This document shows, in pieces, positions 1 through 11,390 of a DNA stretch of 64,000 nt (position 1 is the first letter of the stretch; every line of letters begins with the position of its first letter). The DNA lies in assembly GCA_965243025.1 (NCBI GenBank), contig CBDETY010000003.1:4448001-4512000 (forward strand). Direction: 5' to 3'. The stretch comes from Candidatus Latescibacterota bacterium (GTDB lineage Bacteria; Latescibacterota; UBA2968; UBA8231). The translations under genes were made by a program, and so were the position numbers. The notes under the pieces are model-generated. The model was not told the origin of the DNA and made no database searches. It worked only from the letters and a program-made list of their open reading frames with translations.

Positions 1-106
1 GGGCGTCGAGATTGGGGGTCCGCGCCAGCGGGTCGCCGCAGCAGCCGGCGACGAACGGGCTGTGCTGATCGGAATGGATGTAGAGGAGATTGGGGGGGTC
101 TGACAT
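1..106 (-). CDS. Sulfatase-like hydrolase, N-terminus only (runs off the window)
   Basis: Manual translation of the reverse strand from ATG at 106: MSDPPNLLYIHSDQHSPFVAGCCGDPLARTPNLDA, with the sulfatase N-terminal PNxLxIxSDQH and RTPNLD motifs. Confidence 0.85.
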   Translation of the reverse strand, partial: MSDPPNLLYIHSDQHSPFVAGCCGDPLARTPNLDA

Positions 107-411
107 CGTTTTTGGAGGATGGGAGAACCGGAGGAAAGGACCGACTGTCCTGCCGCGAAGCCGGGCAGATCCCCACTTCCTTTACGGCGGCGGGCTGACG
201 GTGCCTTGCCGAACTGCACGCGGGATTCCCCCGGCCTCGTGACCTGGGGGAGCCCCGGGAAACACTCGAAAGGTTGCGCAATTCCCCACGCCTTGCAACA
301 GCCGCACCGCCGCGGCGCTCCCGGCGTGATTTCGTTGCGGCCAGGGGGCGAATCACTACATTGGCAAACCGGGTCGCAGCAGCTCTCTCCCGTCCCGGAA
401 AGGAACCTTCA

Positions 412-1158
412 ATGGCCAGGCGGATTGGAATTACCGGCGCCAACGGCACCATCGGCGGCGTGCTCGCCGCCGGCCTCGGCGACGACTGCGAGATCGCCGG
501 CTTCGACCGCGAGGAAGGTCCGCGCACCGCGTTCGTCGTCGACTTTGCGGAAGCCGGCCAGGTACAGGGGATCTTCGAGGGACTGGACGCGGTCATTCAC
601 CTCGCCGCCGATCCGAGCCCGGGAGCCGCCTGGGCCTCGGTCCGCGACAACAACATCGAAGCGACCTACCGGGTATTCGAAGAGTGCCGCAACAGCGGCG
701 TCGAGCGCATCGTCTTCGCGACCACCAACCACACCCAGCACGGCGACACCATAGCCACTACACCGGAAACTCTGGACCCGGCGAAAAGAAGACACCTGCG
801 CCTCACCGACCCCCCGAACCCCGACTCCCTCTACGCGGTCTCGAAGCTGTTCGGCGAGAATCTCGGCAAGTACTTCAGCGAGCGGCACGGACTGCGCTTC
901 ATCGGCCTGCGCATCGGCTGGATCACGGCGCACAACGACGCCGCCCGAATGCGGGGCACCGCCGCCGAGGATTACATGCGCGCCATGCACCTCAGCCACC
1001 GGGACTGCGTGCAGGCCTTCCGCCGCGCCCTCGAGGTCGACGCCCGGTTCCTTCTCGCCTATGCGATCAGCGCCAACGACCGCCGCGTCTTCGATCTCGG
1101 GGACACCGTCGCCGGACTCGGTTTCGCTCCACGGGACAACGCGGAGACCGACTTCTGA
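412..1158 (+). CDS. NAD-dependent epimerase/dehydrogenase (extended SDR, uronate dehydrogenase-like)
   Basis: TGANGTIG Rossmann motif, VIHLAA, YAVSK (YxxxK), LRIG; AAGGA RBS before ATG 412. Confidence 0.85.
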   Translation: MARRIGITGANGTIGGVLAAGLGDDCEIAGFDREEGPRTAFVVDFAEAGQVQGIFEGLDAVIHLAADPSPGAAWASVRDNNIEATYRVFEECRNSGVERIVFATTNHTQHGDTIATTPETLDPAKRRHLRLTDPPNPDSLYAVSKLFGENLGKYFSERHGLRFIGLRIGWITAHNDAARMRGTAAEDYMRAMHLSHRDCVQAFRRALEVDARFLLAYAISANDRRVFDLGDTVAGLGFAPRDNAETDF

Positions 1159-2732
1159 TCGCGGTTCATACCTCGGTCGCGGATTTTGCCGGCTCGCGGC
1201 GCGGCCGCGTCGCGGTTGCGGCGTTCTGGGGAATCGCAGGGTTCGCCGCCGCGGCCTGGTGCTTCGACGAAAAGCTTTCACTCAGCGGGGACAACACCGA
1301 ATTCGTCATCCTCGCCCGTTCGCTGGCGCAGGGGGAGGGACTGAACTACGTCAACGCCCCCGAATCCAGGCCGGCCACGAAATATCCCTTCGGCTTCCCG
1401 CTGATGTTGTCTCCCCTTGCCTGGGTCTTCGGCCCCGGCTTTGAAGGGACTTCCGGCGGCGGGGAGCCGGTGCGGGACTTCATCCCGATGAAATGGCTGG
1501 TTGCCGTGCTCTTCGCCGGCGTACCCGTCGTCGTCTACCTGCTGGCCAGGGACTGCCTGGGGGAGGCGTCCGCCTGGGCCGCGGCCCTTCTGTGCGCCTT
1601 GCAGCCCAAGCTGGTCGAGTACGGCAGCCAGGTGATGTCGGAGATCCCCTACACCCTGTTTTCGCTGGCAACCCTTTTCCTGGTCCAGCGAGGCGCCCGT
1701 CGCCGCGAGGGCCTGACCAATCCCTGGCTGACAGCGGGGTTCGTCTGCCTGATGTGGTCGTACTACGTCCGCAGCGTCGGGGTCGTGCTGGTGGCGGCGG
1801 TCCTCCTCTTCCTGGCCATCGACCGGCAGTACCGGCGCGCCCTCGTTCTCGCCGCGGCGGCTTTCGCCGTTGCCCTGCCGTGGTGGCTGCGCAACCATTT
1901 CAGCGGCCGCGGCGGCTTCTATGTGACCCAGTTCCTGCAGGTGAACCCCTACCACCCCGACCGGGGGTACCTCGACGCGGCCGGCTTCCTCGGACGCTTC
2001 GGCGAAAACCTCCAGGCCTACCTCGTCCACATCATGCCGAAGACCCTGTGGCCCTCTTTCTCCGGGGCCCAGTCCGTCTTCAACCCGGTGACCCTGGCCA
2101 TTGTCGCCGTTGCGCTCTACGCCAGCTTCCAGTGCATCCGCAGGCGCGGGAATCTGCTTGTCTGGATCTACGGGGTCCTGTTCCTGGGCCTGATGTTCCT
2201 GTGGCCCTGGGTGGGAGACCGCTTCCTCCTGCCGGCCATTCCCGTGCTGCTGTTGTTTGCGGTGCAAGTCGCCGGCTGCCTCCTCGCGAGGCTCGGCTCC
2301 GTCGCCGGGCGGCCGCTTTCGGCGGTCCTGGGCGCCACCGCCCTGTTGCTCCTGCTCAATTCCCAACTCGACGGACTGCGGGGCCAGGCCCGGTACGCCC
2401 GGGGGCCGTACCAGCCGGGCTGGCAGCGCTACTACGACGCCGGCTTGTGGATACGCGCCAACCTTCCGTCCGACTCGGTGGTTTCCTGCCGCAAGGGGTT
2501 CTGGATGCACGTGGTCTCGGGCCGGCGGACCATCGGCTACAAGTTCAAGGAGCCCGACACGGTGCTTGCCGACCTGCGCAGAAGGGGGGCGGATTACGTC
2601 GTCGTCGACCAGCTCCCCTACCCCTCGACGGCGAGCTACCTGGTGCCGGCGATCAGGAAATTCCCCGACCTCTTCCGCATTGTCTGGCACGGGAAGAATC
2701 CCGACACCTTCGTCCTCGAATTCCAGGGGTGA
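1155..2732 (+). CDS. Polytopic membrane glycosyltransferase (GT-C/GT39, ArnT/PMT-like); start approximate
   Basis: GDNTEF..LARSLA, KYPFGFP, VMSEIPY, DRFLLP motifs and many hydrophobic segments; the N-terminal part of track ORF 684 overlaps the previous gene. Confidence 0.75.
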   Translation: MIAVHTSVADFAGSRRGRVAVAAFWGIAGFAAAAWCFDEKLSLSGDNTEFVILARSLAQGEGLNYVNAPESRPATKYPFGFPLMLSPLAWVFGPGFEGTSGGGEPVRDFIPMKWLVAVLFAGVPVVVYLLARDCLGEASAWAAALLCALQPKLVEYGSQVMSEIPYTLFSLATLFLVQRGARRREGLTNPWLTAGFVCLMWSYYVRSVGVVLVAAVLLFLAIDRQYRRALVLAAAAFAVALPWWLRNHFSGRGGFYVTQFLQVNPYHPDRGYLDAAGFLGRFGENLQAYLVHIMPKTLWPSFSGAQSVFNPVTLAIVAVALYASFQCIRRRGNLLVWIYGVLFLGLMFLWPWVGDRFLLPAIPVLLLFAVQVAGCLLARLGSVAGRPLSAVLGATALLLLLNSQLDGLRGQARYARGPYQPGWQRYYDAGLWIRANLPSDSVVSCRKGFWMHVVSGRRTIGYKFKEPDTVLADLRRRGADYVVVDQLPYPSTASYLVPAIRKFPDLFRIVWHGKNPDTFVLEFQG

Positions 2733-2895
2733 GCGGGCATATCCACCCTTCGCAGTCAAGGCCATGTTCCATCGATTCCCCGGCGCCCCCGAGCGCCGTT
2801 GTGCCCGCCGTCCCACTCCTTTTCCCGGTGGAGTCCGGATTGCTTCCACCCGTTTCAGGAACCGTGCGCGGGGAGGAAAGCGGGGCGCCGTCAAT

Positions 2896-4428
2896 CTGCC
2901 GCGGTGCTTGTGGCTGCTGCCGCTTGCGTTGCTGGGGTGCGGCGGGCGGTCGCATGAAGACACCGAAGTCGGGACCGGCAAGGCGCCCGACGCCGCCCCG
3001 GCCCCGGTCAGGGATTCCGCCGGGATTCCCTGGAACCCATGGGACCGGCAGACTCTTCAGCGGGCGCAGGACCGGGACCTGCCCCTGCTGCTCTACTTCT
3101 CCGCCGAGGGCGCCGACGGGATTTTCCCCGGCGACGACCCCTCGGTGCGCTATCTGGTCGAGCAGAAGTTCACCGCGGTCCGGGTGAATCCTTTCCAACG
3201 CCCCGACCTGGCGCGCCGCTACGCTTCCCGGGGCTGGCCCGCCCTCGCCTTCCTCCTCCCCGACGGCAGCCCTGTGTCGGCAGCTACCGATCTTCCGGCG
3301 AGGAATGCGCGCACCTGGCTGATGCAGATGGCCGATCATTACGAAAAACGCCGCGATGTGCTGGTGAAAAAGGCCGCCCGGGGGAAGACCGGTCCCGGCG
3401 CCACCCTGCTTTCGGCCGCCGACGTGTTCGCCGCGGTCGCCGCGGACTACGACTCCGTGCACGGCGGTTTCGGCGGCCCGGGGAAGTTCCCCGAGCTGTT
3501 GGTTCTCCACTTTCTCTTGCACTACAATAGATTTTCCGGAGACGGGACGGCGCGCGAGATGTGGCTGGCGACGGTGAATGCCATGCTGCGGTCGCCGATG
3601 TGGGATTCCCGAACCGGCGGCATATGCTCCTTCTCCCACACCCCGGACTGGACGACGCCGTCCGCAGCCAGGGACGCCGCCGATCAGGCCGGCCTTGTGC
3701 AGCTGTTGCTCGCCGCCCGGGAAGCGGACCCGGAGGTTTTCACCCCCCTTCTGGACAGGCAGCTCGCTTTCGTGCGCCGGGAACTCTACGACCGCCAGCG
3801 GCGCCTTTTCCACGGGCGCCAGGTGCTGGTCGAGAGCGGCGCCGGGGAAGCGGCCTGGTGGACGGACCGGACGGCATACGCGGGCCGCAATGCCCGGCTC
3901 GTCCTCGCCCTGCTCGATGCTGCCGAGAAGCTCGAGCAGCGGCAATGGGGGGAACTTGCGCTGGGCTCCGCCGAAGCGCTGCTGGCGTTGCTTGTCGACG
4001 GGGACGGCCGGGTCGCTCACTGCCGCCCGGCCGGCTGCGCCTCCGGGCTGCTGGCCGACCAGCTGCTGGTGAGCCGCGCCATGTGGCGGGCCCATCGGTG
4101 GAGCGGGGAGAGCCGCTTCCTGCAAGCGGCGGAACGCACGTTGAGATGGACCGAGGAAAACCTCCACGATTCCCGCACCGGCGGCTTCAGGGACGCATCG
4201 GGCGCAGGCGCCCCGCTGCAGACCTGGGAGGAGCAGATCCCCTTCGAGGATGAAATCCACCCTTCCGGAAACGCCGTCGCCGTCGAAGTATATCTCGACC
4301 TCGAGAGAGCGGACGCCGCCGCAGCGATCGCCGCGGCTCCGCGAATCGCCGGCTCCGCCTCCCGCCTCCACGCGGGAATGGCCGCGGCCATGATGCGCCG
4401 GGAACAGATCGGACAGGCGGGACCGTGA
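2896..4428 (+). CDS. Lipoprotein with DUF255/thioredoxin-like and (alpha/alpha)6 domain (YyaL/SPATA20-like); start approximate
   Basis: LALLGC lipobox, IPWNPW, RPDLARRY..GWP, GGFGGPGKFP, PSGNAVA motifs. Confidence 0.75.
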   Translation: MPRCLWLLPLALLGCGGRSHEDTEVGTGKAPDAAPAPVRDSAGIPWNPWDRQTLQRAQDRDLPLLLYFSAEGADGIFPGDDPSVRYLVEQKFTAVRVNPFQRPDLARRYASRGWPALAFLLPDGSPVSAATDLPARNARTWLMQMADHYEKRRDVLVKKAARGKTGPGATLLSAADVFAAVAADYDSVHGGFGGPGKFPELLVLHFLLHYNRFSGDGTAREMWLATVNAMLRSPMWDSRTGGICSFSHTPDWTTPSAARDAADQAGLVQLLLAAREADPEVFTPLLDRQLAFVRRELYDRQRRLFHGRQVLVESGAGEAAWWTDRTAYAGRNARLVLALLDAAEKLEQRQWGELALGSAEALLALLVDGDGRVAHCRPAGCASGLLADQLLVSRAMWRAHRWSGESRFLQAAERTLRWTEENLHDSRTGGFRDASGAGAPLQTWEEQIPFEDEIHPSGNAVAVEVYLDLERADAAAAIAAAPRIAGSASRLHAGMAAAMMRREQIGQAGP

Positions 4429-5339
4429 GGGTTCTTGTCACAGGGGCGCACGGCCTGCTCGGCAGGTCGCTGGTGCAGGAGGGCGCGGGCTTCGAGCTGA
4501 TATCCTGCGGCCGCCGGGAAGAGCCGGTCGGCCCGGCGTATCACCGCATCGACCTCGCCGACGGCGCCGCGGTCGAGAGCCTGATCGCCGCCACGGCACC
4601 CGACTGGGTGATCCACACCGCGGCCTGGACCGATGTCGACGGCTGCGAAGCGGATCCCGACCGCGCACGCCGCGTCAATCTCGAGCTCGTCAGAGCCCTG
4701 GGGACCGCCTGCTCGACCAGGGGAACCAGGCTGGTGCAGCTGTCGACCGATTATGTCTTCGACGGCCGCGGCGGACCCTACTCCGAGGCGGACGAGCCCA
4801 ACCCGCTGTCCCACTACGGCCGCATCAAGCTCGAGAGCGAGCGCGTCGTTCTCGAGGGGGATTCGCCGGGACTGGTCGTGCGCACCTTGTGGCTCTACGG
4901 ACATGCCCCCGGGGTGCGCCGCAACCTCGTCACCTGGCCCCTGCAAGCCCTGGCCCGCGGAGCCCCCCTCAGAATCGCCGACGACCAGTGGGGCAATCCG
5001 ACGTTTGCAACCGACCTGGCGCGCGCCATTCTCGACCTGTGCAAGAGGGATTGCCGCGGGCTCTACCACGCAGGGGGAGCCGATTTCATGACTCGCCTCA
5101 AGCTGGTCGAGGAACTCGCGTCCACCTTCGGATTCGATACCGGGAGTATCGTCCCCACGCCGACCGCGGAAATCGGCCAGCTCGCCGAGCGGCCGCTGCG
5201 TTCGGGATTGAAGAGCGGAAAAACAGAGGCGGAACTGGGGCGCCCCATGCTGGGCCTGGGCGCCGGCCTGGACGAGATGAGAGCCGAATCCTGCTTCCGC
5301 GCCGAATTCGAGGATATCTTTTCCGATGTCGCACGCTGA
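4425..5339 (+). CDS. rfbD: dTDP-4-dehydrorhamnose reductase family
   Basis: TGAHGLLG, HTAAWTDVDGCE, STDYVFDG, YGRIK, DQWGNPT. Confidence 0.85.
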   Translation: MRVLVTGAHGLLGRSLVQEGAGFELISCGRREEPVGPAYHRIDLADGAAVESLIAATAPDWVIHTAAWTDVDGCEADPDRARRVNLELVRALGTACSTRGTRLVQLSTDYVFDGRGGPYSEADEPNPLSHYGRIKLESERVVLEGDSPGLVVRTLWLYGHAPGVRRNLVTWPLQALARGAPLRIADDQWGNPTFATDLARAILDLCKRDCRGLYHAGGADFMTRLKLVEELASTFGFDTGSIVPTPTAEIGQLAERPLRSGLKSGKTEAELGRPMLGLGAGLDEMRAESCFRAEFEDIFSDVAR

Positions 5340-6057
5340 ATTCAGCGTCTCGCTGATCACCCCGACCTACAACGAACGCGAGAACATCACCCTGCTCGCC
5401 GAGGAGCTGTTTGAAGTCCTCGCCGGAGCCGACGACATCGATCTGGAGCTGATCGTCGTGGACGACAACTCCCCCGACGGTACCGGCGAGATGGCAGAGG
5501 CGCTCAAGGACCGTTATCCGGTCACCGTCGTGCACCGGAGCGGCAAGCTCGGTCTCGGCTCCGCGGTAATGGCGGGATTCGCCCGGAGCGAGCGGCCCTG
5601 CCTCGGGGTTATCGACGCCGACCTCAGCCACGATCCGGCGATCCTGCCGGAACTGATCCGCGGGCTGCGCGAGCACGACCTGACCATGGGCAGCCGTTTC
5701 GGGGAAACCAGCGCGGTGGAAAAGTGGGCGCTGCACCGGAAGATGATCTCCCTTGCGGGGGTGGGGGCGGCGCGGTTGATCACCGGAGTCGAGGACCCCC
5801 TTTCCGGGTATTTCTTCCTGCGCCGCGAGGTGATCGACGGAGAGTTCGAGCTGACCTCGGGAGGCTACAAGATCCTGCTGGAAATCCTCATGAAGGGCAG
5901 ATACGCATCGCACCGGTCGACGCCGTTCGTGTTCCGCAACCGCCAGTTCAGCGACAGCAAGCTCGACTTTCGCGAGTACGTGCTGTTCGCCAAGCAGATT
6001 CTGGTCTTCGGGATTTCCCGGATGTTGGGCAGGCGGCCCGGAAGAGGCGGGAAATGA
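5326..6057 (+). CDS. Polyprenol-phosphate mannose synthase-like GT2
   Basis: PTYNERENI, VDDNSPDGT, KLGLGSA, DADLSHDP, GYKILLEIL. Confidence 0.85.
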   Translation: MSHAEFSVSLITPTYNERENITLLAEELFEVLAGADDIDLELIVVDDNSPDGTGEMAEALKDRYPVTVVHRSGKLGLGSAVMAGFARSERPCLGVIDADLSHDPAILPELIRGLREHDLTMGSRFGETSAVEKWALHRKMISLAGVGAARLITGVEDPLSGYFFLRREVIDGEFELTSGGYKILLEILMKGRYASHRSTPFVFRNRQFSDSKLDFREYVLFAKQILVFGISRMLGRRPGRGGK

Positions 6058-7793
6058 CCCATACCGCCGGCGGGAAAGCGGCTCAGGGCGGGCCGGGGGT
6101 CCACGCCCCGGAAATCGATCTCACAGTAGTCGTACCCAGCTACAACACCCGGGATCTGATGGAGCAGACGCTGCGCACGGTACTGGAGGCGTCCGCCGGG
6201 CTCGAGGTCGAGGTGATCGTGGTAGACAACGCCTCCCGCGACGGCAGCGCGGAGATGGTCGAGCGGAAATTCCCCGAGATCGAGCTGATCAGGAACGACC
6301 GCAACCTCGGCTTTGCCGCAGCCAACAACATCGCCTTCCGGCGCTCGCGCGGGCGCTACGTCCTGCTCCTCAATTCCGATACCATCGTGCGCCCCGACAC
6401 CCTTCGCTGCCTTGTGCAGTTTCTCGACGACCATCCCGAAGCGGCCGCGGCCGGCTGCAAGATCCTCAACCCCGACGGCACCCTGCAGCTGGAATCGCGG
6501 CGGAGTTTCCCGACGCCGATGGCAGCCTTCTACAAGCTCAGCGGCCTGAGCCGGCTATTCCCGGACAGCCGCCGCTTCGGCCGCTACAACCTGACCTACC
6601 TCGACGAAGAGCAGGTCAGCCAGGTCGACGCCCTGTCCGGCTCCTGCATGATGGTGCGCCGCCGCGTCATCGACGAGGTCGGCCCCCTCGACGAAGACTA
6701 CTTCATGTATGGCGAGGACATCGACTGGTGTTTCCGGATGCAGAAGGCGGGGTGGAAGATCTACTACGTGCCGGACACGGAGATCATCCATTTCAGGGGA
6801 GAGAGCGGCAAGAAGGTCGAGATGCGCACCCAGTACCGGAAGAACGAGGCGATGGCGATTTTCGTGCGCAAGCACCTCAAGCAGCGCTACCCCCTTTCTC
6901 CCCTGCTGCTGCTGAACCTCGGCATCCTCCTGTACGGACTCTTCTCTTTTCTGGTCCCGTTGGCCCGCCGCCTGACGGTGCCGGCGTTCGATGCCCTGCT
7001 TGTACTCCTCGGCCTGAAACTCGGGTTGGCGGTGCGCTACCATCCCGAGGCGATGCCGCTGATAGGCGACCTCGAAGCGATCGCCAACCGCCTGGCCCTC
7101 GACGTCAACCCGACGCGCTGGCTGACGCCGCCGCCGTACAGCGACATCGAGTGGCAGGTGCTCCACGCCCTCCCCACCGCTATCTGGGTAGCCTCGTTTT
7201 TCCTCGTGGGCCTGTACGACCGGCGGCGCCTGTCCGCGGCATGGGCGGTTGCCGGAGTCGCCCTGGGCTTCGCCATCATCGTGACCAGCGTCTTCTTCTT
7301 CAAGGCCTACAACTTCTCCCGGCTGGCTGTGGGAGCGGCGTGGATATTCAACACCGTTCTGGTAGCGGGCTGGCGTATCGGTTGGCGGTGGCTGCTGCAG
7401 TCGCGCCACGTCCGCGAAAGCAGGCGCATCCTGCTGGTGGGAGTGGACGAGAGCGCCCGCCAGCTGCTCGATTACCTCCGGGAGACCAACTACCTCGGCT
7501 GTGAGCTGATCGGCGTAGTCGGCCCGGACCGGGACAGTGCCGGCCGCATTCTCGAAGGCATCCAGATCGTCGGCTCGATCGACCAGCTGGAGGAACTCGT
7601 CACCGAGTACTCCGTCGACGAAGTCATCTTCACCTCGGCGACCATATCCCACTCGCTCAAACCTCTGGGGGGCCGCAGGATGCGCTCCGTGCACGTGCGC
7701 ATGGTGCCGGCTTCCTTCCCGCGGCTGGTCGCCGGGACCGAACCGCAATCGATGGACGACCTGCCGCTGGTCGAAATCCGCTCCAGGCGTTAG
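6054..7793 (+). CDS. GT2 glycosyltransferase fused to membrane and Rossmann (CoA-binding-like) domains
   Basis: VVDNASRDGS, NLGFAAANN, LLNSD, FMYGEDIDWC, then TM helices and RRILLVG; ATG 6054 overlaps the upstream stop. Confidence 0.85.
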   Translation: MTHTAGGKAAQGGPGVHAPEIDLTVVVPSYNTRDLMEQTLRTVLEASAGLEVEVIVVDNASRDGSAEMVERKFPEIELIRNDRNLGFAAANNIAFRRSRGRYVLLLNSDTIVRPDTLRCLVQFLDDHPEAAAAGCKILNPDGTLQLESRRSFPTPMAAFYKLSGLSRLFPDSRRFGRYNLTYLDEEQVSQVDALSGSCMMVRRRVIDEVGPLDEDYFMYGEDIDWCFRMQKAGWKIYYVPDTEIIHFRGESGKKVEMRTQYRKNEAMAIFVRKHLKQRYPLSPLLLLNLGILLYGLFSFLVPLARRLTVPAFDALLVLLGLKLGLAVRYHPEAMPLIGDLEAIANRLALDVNPTRWLTPPPYSDIEWQVLHALPTAIWVASFFLVGLYDRRRLSAAWAVAGVALGFAIIVTSVFFFKAYNFSRLAVGAAWIFNTVLVAGWRIGWRWLLQSRHVRESRRILLVGVDESARQLLDYLRETNYLGCELIGVVGPDRDSAGRILEGIQIVGSIDQLEELVTEYSVDEVIFTSATISHSLKPLGGRRMRSVHVRMVPASFPRLVAGTEPQSMDDLPLVEIRSRR

Positions 7794-7965
7794 CAGTCCG
7801 CCAGGGACACCCCGGCCGCCAGGGCAGCGAAAAAAGCCGTGTCCGGCACCGCCTCCGGACCGGGAGCCGACACCGGAAGGACTTGACGAGTCCACCTTCC
7901 GGTAGTCAATTAGTCCGGAAGTTGCCGAGCAGAAGCTACCAGCATGTCGCGATAACGGCCCTGAA

Positions 7966-8670
7966 ATGACCCAGAGTATCCAGATAGCAGGGGGACGCGA
8001 GATCGTTCTCCCGTTCAGCAAGGCGATCGAGATCAGCCTGCGCAGTCTCAAGATCCGCTTCGGCCGCTCCCTGATCACCACCAGCGGCATCGTGCTGGCC
8101 ATTGCCTTCCTCATGTCGGTGTGGAGCAGCAACGACCTCGTCGAAAGCCTGCGCGGCGCCAACAAGAGCGAACTGAACCTGCTCTTGCAGAAGAACGGAA
8201 TCGAGACGGTAACCGCGGAGATGGCCGGCACCTCCGGCGAAGCCCAGGCGCGAATGGAGGAGGAGCGCTCGAAGCAGACCTGGCTCATCAGCCTGTCGCT
8301 CCTCGTCTGCGTCGTCGGCATCGCCAACGCCATGCTGATGTCGGTGACCGAGCGCTTCCGCGAGATCGGCACGATGAAGTGCCTGGGCGCTCTCGACTCC
8401 TTCATCATCAAGCTTTTCCTGCTCGAATCGACGTTTCAGGGAGCCGCCGGCACGGTCGTCGGCATCCTCATCGGCCTCCTGTTGACCATCCTTCTCGCCC
8501 TCTTCGACTACGGCGAATTCGTCTTCGAATACTTCCCGATGATCGACGTCGTGCGCTCCGCAGGCGCTGCGATCGTCTCCGGAACGCTGCTGTCCCTCGT
8601 CGGCGCCATGTTACCGGCCTACAAGGCGGCCAAGATGGAGCCTGTCGAGGCGATGCGCTCCGACACCTGA
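7966..8670 (+). CDS. FtsX/MacB-type ABC transporter permease (short form)
   Basis: GIANAMLMSVTERFREIGTMKCLGA, PAYKAAKMEPVEAMR. Confidence 0.85.
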   Translation: MTQSIQIAGGREIVLPFSKAIEISLRSLKIRFGRSLITTSGIVLAIAFLMSVWSSNDLVESLRGANKSELNLLLQKNGIETVTAEMAGTSGEAQARMEEERSKQTWLISLSLLVCVVGIANAMLMSVTERFREIGTMKCLGALDSFIIKLFLLESTFQGAAGTVVGILIGLLLTILLALFDYGEFVFEYFPMIDVVRSAGAAIVSGTLLSLVGAMLPAYKAAKMEPVEAMRSDT

Positions 8671-8703
8671 GTCCTTTCCGACTTCTTCACCGACGAGATA
8701 CCC

Positions 8704-9492
8704 ATGGCAAGCGAAGATTCCCTGGCAGCTGTCGACCCCGGCGTGGGGACCGCCGAAGAGAAGCGCACGGTGGTGCGCACTCAGAAGGTCAAGAAGGTGT
8801 ACCAGATGGGCATGGCGGAGGTGCACGCCCTGCGGGGCGTCGACCTCGAGATCTACTCGGGAGAGTACATGTCGATCATGGGGCCTTCCGGTTCCGGAAA
8901 GAGCACCCTTTTCAACATGGTCGGCGGACTCGACAAGCCGTCGGAGGGCAAGGTCTACATCGACGAGGTGGACGTCGCCCAGCTCGACGCATATGAGCTC
9001 GCCTGGCTGCGCTGCCGCAAGATCGGCTACATCTTTCAGTCCTTCAATCTGATTCCGGTGATGACGGCGCTCGAGAACGTGACCCTTCCCATGGTCTTCG
9101 CGGGCCTCACCAGCGACGAATCGCGCGACAAGGGGATGGACCTGCTCGGCAAGGTGGGCCTGGGCGACCGGCATTCGCACAAACCTTTCGAGTTGTCGGG
9201 CGGCCAGCAGCAGCGCGTCGCCGTCGCCCGTGCCCTGGCCAACGACCCGGCGGTCGTGCTCGCCGACGAGCCGACAGCCAACCTCGACCTCCGCACCGGC
9301 ACCGAAATCATCGAGCTGCTGCGCTCCATGAACCAGACATCGGGGGTTACCGTGATTTCGGCGACCCACGATCACAAGATGCTGAGCGTCTCCGACCGCG
9401 TCGTCTGGATCGCCGACGGCCAGGTCGACCGCATCGCACTCCGCGAGGACCTCGAGATCGAGACGGTTTCGGTCGGCGACGAGGAGCAGTAA
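8704..9492 (+). CDS. ABC transporter ATP-binding protein (LolD/MacB-like)
   Basis: GPSGSGKST Walker A, LSGGQQQR signature, LADEPT Walker B, THD. Confidence 0.93.
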   Translation: MASEDSLAAVDPGVGTAEEKRTVVRTQKVKKVYQMGMAEVHALRGVDLEIYSGEYMSIMGPSGSGKSTLFNMVGGLDKPSEGKVYIDEVDVAQLDAYELAWLRCRKIGYIFQSFNLIPVMTALENVTLPMVFAGLTSDESRDKGMDLLGKVGLGDRHSHKPFELSGGQQQRVAVARALANDPAVVLADEPTANLDLRTGTEIIELLRSMNQTSGVTVISATHDHKMLSVSDRVVWIADGQVDRIALREDLEIETVSVGDEEQ

Positions 9493-9519
9493 CAGCAGCA
9501 GCGGACTGCCGGCCGGCTG

Positions 9520-9548
9520 TTGACAGTCGCACAACCGCCGCCTAGAAT
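9520..9548 (+). promoter_or_regulatory. Sigma70-type promoter of the trp/aro operon
   Basis: TTGACA (9520-9525), 17-bp spacer, TAGAAT (9543-9548). Confidence 0.8.
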
Positions 9549-9581
9549 TGCTTCGTTGCAGGTGACGAAATGACGACGCTC

Positions 9582-9680
9582 ATGAAAACCGGTTCGATCG
9601 CAGACCGCCGCTACTGGTGGCGCTCCCGATACAATACGCGCGAAATGGATGCGTCCACCCTTCGGCCCGACGGGGCCTGA
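9582..9680 (+). CDS. trpL: trp operon leader peptide
   Basis: MKTGSIADRRYWWRSRYNTREMDASTLRPDGA*, tandem TGG at 9615-9620, directly upstream of terminator and trpE; alternative in-frame ATG at 9570. Confidence 0.8.
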   Translation: MKTGSIADRRYWWRSRYNTREMDASTLRPDGA

Positions 9681-9703
9681 CATAACCAAAACCCGAGGAG
9701 CCG

Positions 9704-9736
9704 CCGCGGACGCATCAGCGTTCGCGGTTTTTTTTT
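9704..9736 (+). terminator. Attenuator terminator hairpin
   Basis: CCGCGGACGC-ATCA-GCGTTCGCGG (10-bp stem, one G:U) followed by T9; competing antiterminator GATGCGTCC (9648-9656) pairs with 9708-9716. Confidence 0.85.
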
Positions 9737-9815
9737 GCCGGACCCCCAACCCGGGGCAGCCGGCAGTTACTCCGACCGGAAGAACGGAAAGCGAAAGACA
9801 CCGAAGAGCACACCG

Positions 9816-11386
<1,571 letters not shown>

Positions 11387-11390
<4 letters not shown>

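Noticed and set aside
7872-7903. Hairpin ACCGGAAGG...CCTTCCGGT upstream of the ABC permease
   Set aside because: No U-tract and no recognisable riboswitch; function cannot be supported
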